Shown: positions 52,816 to 59,603 of the stretch, piece after piece | Layout: every line of letters begins with the position of its first letter | Numbering within the stretch: position 1 is the first letter of the stretch | Assembly: GCA_945949385.1 (NCBI GenBank) | Contig: CAMFEL010000001.1 | Location: 1 to 59,603 of the forward strand | Origin: an uncultured Clostridia bacterium | GTDB lineage: Bacteria; Bacillota; Clostridia; Oscillospirales; CAG-272 | Length of the DNA: 59,603 bases | Reading direction: 5' to 3' | Notes under the pieces: generated by a model | Databases searched by the model: none | Told to the model about the DNA's origin: nothing | The model's input: only the letters and a program-made list of their open reading frames with translations | Program-made: the position numbers and the translations under genes

Positions 52816-55257
52816 ATGCCCAGATATATAGAAAAAGCCGAAAAGCTTACGCTTCCGGTGCTTCCCACAAGAGGTTTGGTGGCTTTCCCCTCCATACCCC
52901 TCAATTTCGAGGTAGAACGGGAATTTTCCGTAGCCGCTCTGGAGGCAGCGAAAGACTGTGATATGTTCGTCTTTCTCCTGTGCCAGAAATCCATTGACTG
53001 CGACGATCCCACCCCGGCAGACCTGTACGAGACAGGTACGGTATGCCGCATAAAACAGACTCTTAAAAATTCCGAGGGCATAACCCGCGTAATTGCCGAA
53101 GGCGTATGCCGCGGCACCGCCGTTTCCTTTACGGGAGTCGGCAAATGCATGTACGCCGATGTTATGACAAAAACCGTAACTCTTGCGCGTGGAGAAGCCG
53201 ACATACGCACGGAAGCGCTGCTGAGAGAGGCGACACAGTCTCTTGAAAATATGCTTTCCTTTGCGCCTGCCGATAACAGTGATTTGCTGCTTGCCGCAAG
53301 AGCCATAACAAATCCCGGTCAGGCGGCAGATTTCATTGCTTCAAGCGCCCTTGTAAAATTTGAGGACAAGCAAAAGGTGCTTGAAGTATACGAACCTCTC
53401 GCACGCCTTGAAACGCTTATAGTCATTATCGAAAGCGAAACAAAGCTTCTGGCGCTCGAAATGAGTATCCATAAAAAGGTACGCGAGGCAATAGATGAAA
53501 ATCAGCGGGACTACTATCTGCGCGAGCAGCTCAAAGTCATACAGGGCGAGCTGGGCGGCGACAGCGAAGACGAAGCGGAGGAATACTACGATAAGATAGA
53601 CGCCGCTTCCCTTCCCGACGAGGTCAGAGAAAAGCTTAACAAGGAAGTATCAAGACTTGCAAAATCTCCTTTCGGAAGTCCCGAAGCCACGGTACTGCGC
53701 AACTATCTTGACATCTGCCTTGAAATTCCGTTTAACAAGTATACGGAGGACAGGCTTGATATAGCCGCCGCAAAAAAAATACTTGACGACGACCACGACG
53801 GTCTGCAGAAACCCAAGGACCGCATACTTGAATATCTTGCGGTAAAACAGCTAAATCCCGAGCTCGGCAACCAGATAATCTGCCTCGTAGGCCCTCCCGG
53901 AGTAGGTAAAACCTCTCTGGGCGCTTCCGTAGCAAGAGCAATGAACAGAAAATTTGTCCGTGTTTCTTTAGGCGGCATCCGGGACGAAGCAGAGATACGC
54001 GGCCACAGAAAAACATATGTGGCGGCTATGCCCGGACGGATAGTCACCGCTCTCACCCAAGCGGGCAGTATGAATCCAGTTATGCTGCTTGACGAGAGAG
54101 ACAAGCTGTGCTCCGATATGAGAGGCGACCCCGCCTCAGCCCTGCTTGAAGTGCTTGACGGCGAGCAGAACAAGGCGTTCAGAGATCATTTCGTGGAAAT
54201 GCCCGTTGATCTGTCAAAGGTTATGTTCATAGCCACCGCAAACACTCTCGACACCGTTCCCCGCGCCCTGCTTGACAGGATGGAGGTGATCGAGCTTTCC
54301 ACCTACACAAAAAACGAAAAGCTTTCCATTGCCAAAAACCATCTTATACCAAAACAGCTTAAGCGACACGGACTGACCAAGCGCAATATCCGCATTTCCG
54401 ACGATGTTATATGCGAAATGATAGACGGCTACACAAGAGAATCAGGCGTCAGAAATCTGGAGCGCGAGATTGCCTCCGTGTGCCGTAAGGCGGCAAGAAT
54501 AATGATAGAGAGCGGCAAAAAGAGCCTGACCGTCAGCCGCGAGCTGCTACCCGCACTGCTGGGACCGCGCAAGTTCCTTGACGACGAAAAAAGCCTTGAA
54601 GACGAAGTCGGCGTTGTCAACGGTCTTGCATATACCTCCGTGGGAGGAGATATACTGAAGATCGAGACTTCCGTTATGGACGGCACGGGAAAGCTGGAGC
54701 TTACGGGAACACTGGGCGATGTAATGAAAGAGTCCGCCCGTATCGCGGTAAGCTATATAAGAGCCCACGCCGCAGAGCTTGGAGTTCAGAGCGATTTTTA
54801 CAAAACGAAAGACATACACATCCACGTTCCCGAGGGCGCAACGCCCAAGGACGGACCCAGCGCGGGTGTAACTATACTTTCAAGCCTTGTAAGCACGCTC
54901 ACAGGACATCCCGTACGCCGGGATACCGCCATGACGGGAGAGCTGACACTTACCGGACGGGTGCTTCCCATAGGCGGACTGAAAGAAAAGACCACCGCTG
55001 CGTGGAACGCGGGTATCAAGCGCGTGCTTATCCCCGCGGACAATGTGACCGACCTTGAAGAAATCGACCCCATAGTCCGTCAAAGCCTTTTGTTTATCCC
55101 CTGCCGCAGAGCCTCCCAAGTACTTGACGAAATACTTGTTAAGGAAAAAGCGAGCACCGCAGAAACGACCCGCGAAAGCGGGCCGAAGAGTACGGTGATC
55201 CCCGCCGAAAGCCCGGTACATACACAGCTTCAGGTTTCGGGGCGCCGGGGTAAATAA
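52816..55257 (+). CDS. lon: ATP-dependent Lon protease (endopeptidase La)
   Basis: 813 aa with a LAN domain, Walker A GPPGVGKTS and the protease Ser block PKDGPSAGVT. The ATG at 52816 has AAAGGA upstream. Confidence 0.95.
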   Translation: MPRYIEKAEKLTLPVLPTRGLVAFPSIPLNFEVEREFSVAALEAAKDCDMFVFLLCQKSIDCDDPTPADLYETGTVCRIKQTLKNSEGITRVIAEGVCRGTAVSFTGVGKCMYADVMTKTVTLARGEADIRTEALLREATQSLENMLSFAPADNSDLLLAARAITNPGQAADFIASSALVKFEDKQKVLEVYEPLARLETLIVIIESETKLLALEMSIHKKVREAIDENQRDYYLREQLKVIQGELGGDSEDEAEEYYDKIDAASLPDEVREKLNKEVSRLAKSPFGSPEATVLRNYLDICLEIPFNKYTEDRLDIAAAKKILDDDHDGLQKPKDRILEYLAVKQLNPELGNQIICLVGPPGVGKTSLGASVARAMNRKFVRVSLGGIRDEAEIRGHRKTYVAAMPGRIVTALTQAGSMNPVMLLDERDKLCSDMRGDPASALLEVLDGEQNKAFRDHFVEMPVDLSKVMFIATANTLDTVPRALLDRMEVIELSTYTKNEKLSIAKNHLIPKQLKRHGLTKRNIRISDDVICEMIDGYTRESGVRNLEREIASVCRKAARIMIESGKKSLTVSRELLPALLGPRKFLDDEKSLEDEVGVVNGLAYTSVGGDILKIETSVMDGTGKLELTGTLGDVMKESARIAVSYIRAHAAELGVQSDFYKTKDIHIHVPEGATPKDGPSAGVTILSSLVSTLTGHPVRRDTAMTGELTLTGRVLPIGGLKEKTTAAWNAGIKRVLIPADNVTDLEEIDPIVRQSLLFIPCRRASQVLDEILVKEKASTAETTRESGPKSTVIPAESPVHTQLQVSGRRGK

Positions 55258-55289
55258 CCCGGCGCAGCCTGAAAAGAAAGGACGCCACA

Positions 55290-55886
55290 TTGAACATCAA
55301 CATCAACAATGCAGAGCTTCTCATATCGGCAGGGCAGCCCCGACAGTTTCCGGCACTGCCTATACCGCAGATAGCTTTTTCCGGCCGTTCAAATGTGGGG
55401 AAAAGCTCACTGATAAACGCCCTGCTGCGCCGCAAAAGTCTTGCCCGTGTCAGCGGAACGCCGGGAAAAACGGTAACCGTGAATTTTTATAACATTGACG
55501 GCAAAATAATGTTTGTAGACCTGCCAGGTTACGGCTTTGCAAAGCGCAGTTTTGACGATAAAAAACGCTGGTCAAGGCTTACCGATGCCTATTTCACGGG
55601 CAACAGCGGCATAGACCTGCTTCGCTGTGTCATACAGCTTATAGATTCAAAGGTGGGAGCCACCGAAGACGATAAGCAGATGATACGGTATCTGCAGGAG
55701 GCAGAGATCCCGTTTCTGGTAGTCTACACAAAATGCGACAAGCTTAACGCCACTCAGACAAACGAGCTGAAATCCTCATTCGGAAGCATCGACGGTGCCG
55801 ACTGTGAAATCCTTTTCTCCGCAAAAACAGGCATGGGGCGCGACGAACTGTGGAAGGCCGCCCTGAGGCTTTGCGATATTCCGTAA
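55290..55886 (+). CDS. engB: Ribosome-biogenesis GTPase YsxC/EngB
   Basis: GRSNVGKSSLINAL, DLPGYG and TKCDK motifs. The lon-ysxC order is conserved. TTG start with GAAAGGA RBS. Confidence 0.9.
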   Translation: MNININNAELLISAGQPRQFPALPIPQIAFSGRSNVGKSSLINALLRRKSLARVSGTPGKTVTVNFYNIDGKIMFVDLPGYGFAKRSFDDKKRWSRLTDAYFTGNSGIDLLRCVIQLIDSKVGATEDDKQMIRYLQEAEIPFLVVYTKCDKLNATQTNELKSSFGSIDGADCEILFSAKTGMGRDELWKAALRLCDIP

Positions 55887-55922
55887 TATCTGAGATTTTC
55901 GACCTTACACATCGGAGGCATT

Positions 55923-56660
55923 ATGATTTATTCGCTTATAAGATCCCTTATGGCAGGAGCTGCCCCCCGCGACGTGATACCCGGTATGATATTTACCGTC
56001 ATCGTGGTGCTGTTTTCACTGTCTCTGCACGAGACATCGCACGGCTGGATGGCGTGCAAGCTGGGCGATAAAACTGCCAAATACATGGGCAGGCTCACTC
56101 TTGACCCCAGAAAGCACCTTGACCCCATAGGTACGGTATGTATGCTGCTGTTCGGCTTCGGCTGGGCAAAGCCCGTACCCGTAAACAGCCGCTATTTCAA
56201 AAAGCCGCGCCGTGATATGGCGCTTACCGCCGCAGCAGGTCCCGTATCCAATCTACTGCTGTCATTTTTGTCCTGCCTTGTATTTTGGATAATTCTGGCT
56301 TTCAGCGATTCTGCCGCAGCTTTCTTCTATTACGGCTTTGCCGGAGACGCAATTATGAATGCCTCCGTATGGCAGAAGGTACTGGCACTTATCGCTCAGC
56401 TTTTCTACTATTCCCACATACTTAATCTGTATCTTGCCATATTCAATCTTATACCCATCCCGCCCCTTGACGGCAGCCGCATACTGTTTATTTTCCTGCC
56501 CGACAGAGTATATTTCGGACTTATGAAATACGAGAGAATAATTTCCATTTTTCTTTTCGCGCTTCTGTGGATGGGGTTTTTCTCAAGATTTCTCTCAAAC
56601 ATATGCGGATATATCAGCTACGGCATGACATTCCTTATTCATCTGATACCGGGGCTTTGA
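55923..56660 (+). CDS. Site-2 protease (M50) family membrane metalloprotease
   Basis: 245 aa polytopic protein with HETSHGWMA (HExxH) and the NLIPIPPLDG motif. Confidence 0.8.
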   Translation: MIYSLIRSLMAGAAPRDVIPGMIFTVIVVLFSLSLHETSHGWMACKLGDKTAKYMGRLTLDPRKHLDPIGTVCMLLFGFGWAKPVPVNSRYFKKPRRDMALTAAAGPVSNLLLSFLSCLVFWIILAFSDSAAAFFYYGFAGDAIMNASVWQKVLALIAQLFYYSHILNLYLAIFNLIPIPPLDGSRILFIFLPDRVYFGLMKYERIISIFLFALLWMGFFSRFLSNICGYISYGMTFLIHLIPGL

Positions 56661-56661
56661 T

Positions 56662-57447
56662 ATGGAAACCATAAACTATAAGCTTGAAAAATTCGAGGGG
56701 CCTCTGGATTTGTGTCTGACGCTCATACGCAAAAACAAAATGAGCATCGACGACATACAGATTTCCGTACTGTGCGACCAGTACATGGATTATATCAAAG
56801 CTGCGGGACAGGCGGATATTGAGCTGTCAAGCGATTTTCTTCTTATGGCAAGCGAGCTTATGCTCATAAAAAGCAAAATGCTTCTGCCGAGAAACGAAGA
56901 AGAGGAAGAAGACCCCCGCGCCGCCCTTGCCGCGGCAATGATAGAGTACGAGAGGGCAAAGGAATCCTCCGTACTTCTGCGCGATATGTTCAGCCGTTAC
57001 GGCACTCGTATGATAAAGGATACAGACGAGATCGCGCCCGATAAAACCTACGTTTCTCCACACAGCGTTCAGCTTCTGTCAGCCGCCCTTGAGAGGGTTA
57101 TGAGGGAGGTAAGAGTTACGGACGAGGAAGCGCGTGAGCGTTTCAAGCCGCTTGTGGAAAAGAAAACCGTATCCGTCGCCCTAATAGTGGAAAAGCTTGC
57201 AACAAGGCTCAAATCTTCCAAAAAAGTGCGCCTTGACAGTTTTTTCCGCAGTGCGGAAAGCCGAAGCGAGCTTGTATCAATGTTTCTTGCCATGCTGGAG
57301 CTTCTTAAATCCGGTATGCTCATACTTGAGGAAGAAAACCTTGACGAAACCGACGAGGGCGTAATAGACGCGGTATCGGGGGTAACCGTTTCCCTTGAAA
57401 AGGACGCCGACATTTCCGGCATGATAAATTTGATTTCCGAAGAATAA
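56662..57447 (+). CDS. scpA: Segregation and condensation protein A
   Basis: 261 aa with FEGPLDLCLTLIRKNKMSIDDIQIS, a typical ScpA N-terminus. Confidence 0.9.
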   Translation: METINYKLEKFEGPLDLCLTLIRKNKMSIDDIQISVLCDQYMDYIKAAGQADIELSSDFLLMASELMLIKSKMLLPRNEEEEEDPRAALAAAMIEYERAKESSVLLRDMFSRYGTRMIKDTDEIAPDKTYVSPHSVQLLSAALERVMREVRVTDEEARERFKPLVEKKTVSVALIVEKLATRLKSSKKVRLDSFFRSAESRSELVSMFLAMLELLKSGMLILEEENLDETDEGVIDAVSGVTVSLEKDADISGMINLISEE

Positions 57448-57460
57448 GAGGATTTTACAA

Positions 57461-58213
57461 ATGAAACTTAGGGATACTGATACTGAGACAGCCGAAGAAG
57501 CATCTGTACAGCAGACTGCCGAGACTGCCGAGGAAGAGCTTGCGGCAGAAAGCGAAGCTTTCGAATATCTCAGCGTAGAGGAAGAAGCGCCCGCAGAGGA
57601 TGTTGACATACGCCATTGTCAGAAAATTACAGAAGCTGTGCTTTTTGCCGCCGGTTATCCCGTAAGCTATAAAAAGCTGGGGCAGGTGCTTGGCACCACG
57701 GCGGGTGCGGCCAAGCGCATAGTCCGTGAATATTCCGAAATATACAACTCCGACTGCGACTCAACTCCCCGCGGCATAATGCTGCTCTGCTTCGACGGTG
57801 CCTGTCAGCTCTGCACCCGCGAGCAGTACGGCACATATATCCGCGAGGCGCTGGGTATTCGGCGCGGCGGAAATCTGTCGCAGTCCTCCGTGGAAACGCT
57901 GGCAGTAATTGCTTATAACGAGCCTGTAACAAGAGCCTTTATTGATACAGTACGGGGCGTTGATTCCGGCTATGCCGTTTCGGCACTTTTGGAAAAACAG
58001 CTTATAGAGGCTTGCGGCAGACTTGAAGTGCCCGGCAGACCCAAGCTGTACCGCACAACGGAAAACTTTCTGAGAGTGTTCGGAATTTCCTCTCTCGACG
58101 AGCTGCCCGAGGTGGCAGTTCCCACCGCGGGAATACAGGAAAAGATAGAAATTGACAACGAGGAAGCGGCAAACACCGAAAGCGTTGAGGCAGAAAGCGA
58201 AAGCGAAGACTGA
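57461..58213 (+). CDS. scpB: Segregation and condensation protein B, with acidic N- and C-terminal extensions
   Basis: Core blocks EAVLFAAGYPVS, LSQSSVETLAVIAYNEPVTRAFID and GRPKLYRTTENFL, directly after scpA. Confidence 0.85.
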   Translation: MKLRDTDTETAEEASVQQTAETAEEELAAESEAFEYLSVEEEAPAEDVDIRHCQKITEAVLFAAGYPVSYKKLGQVLGTTAGAAKRIVREYSEIYNSDCDSTPRGIMLLCFDGACQLCTREQYGTYIREALGIRRGGNLSQSSVETLAVIAYNEPVTRAFIDTVRGVDSGYAVSALLEKQLIEACGRLEVPGRPKLYRTTENFLRVFGISSLDELPEVAVPTAGIQEKIEIDNEEAANTESVEAESESED

Positions 58214-58244
58214 TTAAAAAATCGGGAACGAAAGGAGTGAGAAT

Positions 58245-58928
58245 ATGACGGCAGTATTTATCGTTCTGGGTATTGCCGCCCTTATCACCGTAATTCTCAG
58301 GCTTTTCGTCCGCATTTATTTTACCTTTGACGGGACAGAGCTTGTCTCATATGTAAAACTGGGGCCGCTGAAAGCCATGATCATCCCCTCCCCGCCCCGA
58401 AAGCTGAAATTCAGAAAAACCGCCCGCTTCCTTCGCGGCAAAAAACTGACGCGTGCAAAGAAGCGGGGCAAATCAAAAGAGTTCGGCAGAACGGGAGACA
58501 CTCTGGAGGATCTTATTTCTCAAATTTCCGAAACAGCAAAGAACCCTGAAATCACCCGTCTTTCTCTGAAGATCGCAAAGCTTATACTTCTCTACTTCCG
58601 ATATATGATACGGGTCGAATTTTTCAAGATCCATATCGGCATAGACACTGGAGACGCCGCCTCCTCCTGCATTGCCTGCGGGGCGGCATATCAGACGGTA
58701 GCTTACGCACTTGAATTTCTCGATGTCAATACGGTGCTGAAGCCGCTTGACGACGGGGTTGTAAATATCAGTCCCGTATTTAATGACGGAAAAACAGTAT
58801 ACGATATTTCAGGCATAATACGCATCCGCCTGTTTAATATACTTCGTGCGGTTGCGACCTCCGCATTCCGGAGCGCCGCTGAAAATACACAAAACATTGC
58901 CGCCGGCGCGGCACGAAAGGATATGTAA
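58245..58928 (+). CDS. ytfI: DUF2953 / YtfI-like sporulation protein
   Basis: 227 aa with an N-terminal TM helix, positioned immediately upstream of ytfJ as in Bacillus. Confidence 0.6.
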   Translation: MTAVFIVLGIAALITVILRLFVRIYFTFDGTELVSYVKLGPLKAMIIPSPPRKLKFRKTARFLRGKKLTRAKKRGKSKEFGRTGDTLEDLISQISETAKNPEITRLSLKIAKLILLYFRYMIRVEFFKIHIGIDTGDAASSCIACGAAYQTVAYALEFLDVNTVLKPLDDGVVNISPVFNDGKTVYDISGIIRIRLFNILRAVATSAFRSAAENTQNIAAGAARKDM

Positions 58929-58930
58929 TT

Positions 58931-59389
58931 ATGAGCGAAAACAAAATCGGCGAGATCATCAAAGCGTCTGTTGAAAGCATCAAATCCTCATTCGGCGCAA
59001 ACACCGTAACAGGAGACCCCATAACCACCGCAAACGGTACGGTTATTGTGCCCGTTTCCAAACTTTCCGTAGGCTTTGCTTCCGGCGGTATAGACTATAT
59101 CGGCAAAAAAGCAAAAATAGCCGCAGCCCCCGCAGCTACCACCAATTTCGGAGGCGGCGGAGGAACAGGCGTGTCAGTTACGCCCGTAGCCTTTATCGTC
59201 ATCGCTCCCGACGGCACCGTGACTATGCTCAACGTCAACGAGCCTACCGTGCGCGAGCCTCAGGACCCCGTAAGCCAGATAATCGGCGCTATTGAGCGCT
59301 CTCCCGAGCTTATCGAGCGTCTCAAAGATGTGCTTTCAAAGAAAAAAGCCTCCTACGGCGACAATAAGGCAGAGGAAGCAAAAAACTGA
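58931..59389 (+). CDS. ytfJ: GerW/YtfJ-family sporulation protein
   Basis: 152 aa with TVTGDPITTANGTVIVPVSKLSVGFASGG and GGGGGTGVSVTPVAFIVI. Confidence 0.85.
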   Translation: MSENKIGEIIKASVESIKSSFGANTVTGDPITTANGTVIVPVSKLSVGFASGGIDYIGKKAKIAAAPAATTNFGGGGGTGVSVTPVAFIVIAPDGTVTMLNVNEPTVREPQDPVSQIIGAIERSPELIERLKDVLSKKKASYGDNKAEEAKN

Positions 59390-59481
59390 CCGTAAGCTCC
59401 TATCCCCACTGTAAATAATTGCTTGAATAAGCCGCCCCCATCCTTCAAATGCTTATAAAAAAGCATAAAAGGAGGAACAAA

Positions 59482-59603
59482 ATGCTCAGAAAAACGGCGG
59501 CTCTGATTTGCTGTGTTCTTTTTCTGTCCGCTATAATGACAGTTATATCAAGCGCGGCGGAGGATACCCCCTGCCCCAAGGTCAGCGCGCGGGGGGCGGT
59601 GCT
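59482..59603 (+). CDS. N-terminal fragment of a secreted protein, possibly a D-alanyl-D-alanine carboxypeptidase; it runs off the window
   Basis: GGAGG RBS and a signal peptide MLRKTAALICCVLFLSAIMTVISSAA. PKVSARGAV resembles the mature N-terminus of DacB/DacF-type PBPs. Confidence 0.35.
   Translation, partial: MLRKTAALICCVLFLSAIMTVISSAAEDTPCPKVSARGAV

Noticed and set aside
53940-54120. Lon Walker B region reading LLDERDKL instead of the usual LLDEIDK
   Set aside because: This is a single conservative-position substitution outside the catalytic Asp/Glu, and all other Lon motifs are intact. It is probably natural variation.
1-59603. CRISPR arrays, tRNA/rRNA genes, group II introns, retron or other ncRNA genes
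   Set aside because: No regularly spaced direct repeats were seen. No intergenic gap exceeds about 300 nt, and none of the gaps showed cloverleaf-like or known ncRNA features that I could recognise. A covariance-model scan would be needed to exclude small RNAs.

Overview
This 59.6 kb window looks like chromosomal sequence from a spore-forming Firmicute (Clostridia-like), densely packed with about 70 protein genes. I found no rRNA, tRNA, CRISPR array, transposase or integrase. Most of it is conserved core: prfA-tsaC, the spoIIAA-spoIIAB-sigF operon, pfp, fucO, prfB, ylbJ, yqfC-yqfD-phoH-ybeY-era-recO-mutS2, spoVFA/B, spoIIID, coaX, ylxM-ffh-rpsP-ylqC, tmcAL, ackA, rqcH, lon-engB, scpA-scpB and ytfI-ytfJ. 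Two stretches look accessory. The first (about 25.2-30.7 kb) carries a truncated-receiver wHTH protein, manA, a CNNM/CorC transporter, a ROK-like regulator, and an orphan BlaI/CopY repressor coupled to a PD-(D/E)xK-like nuclease. The second (37.7-46.0 kb) is a tightly packed eight-gene minus-strand operon: FGGY kinase, NagB-like, NagA-like, neutral-ceramidase-like hydrolase, SDR, HpcH aldolase, aldo/keto reductase and Gfo/Idh/MocA oxidoreductase. It has a consensus promoter but no transporter or regulator, and it sits where rimM-trmD-rplS would be expected after ylqC. I do not recognise its gene combination as any characterised pathway, so it is my best candidate for an undescribed catabolic system, possibly for N-acyl amino sugars. 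The coaX / ECF S-component locus also has a long structured leader and a repeated 16-mer. All calls rest on motif and family recognition by eye plus ORF, RBS and hairpin inspection; no database search was possible.
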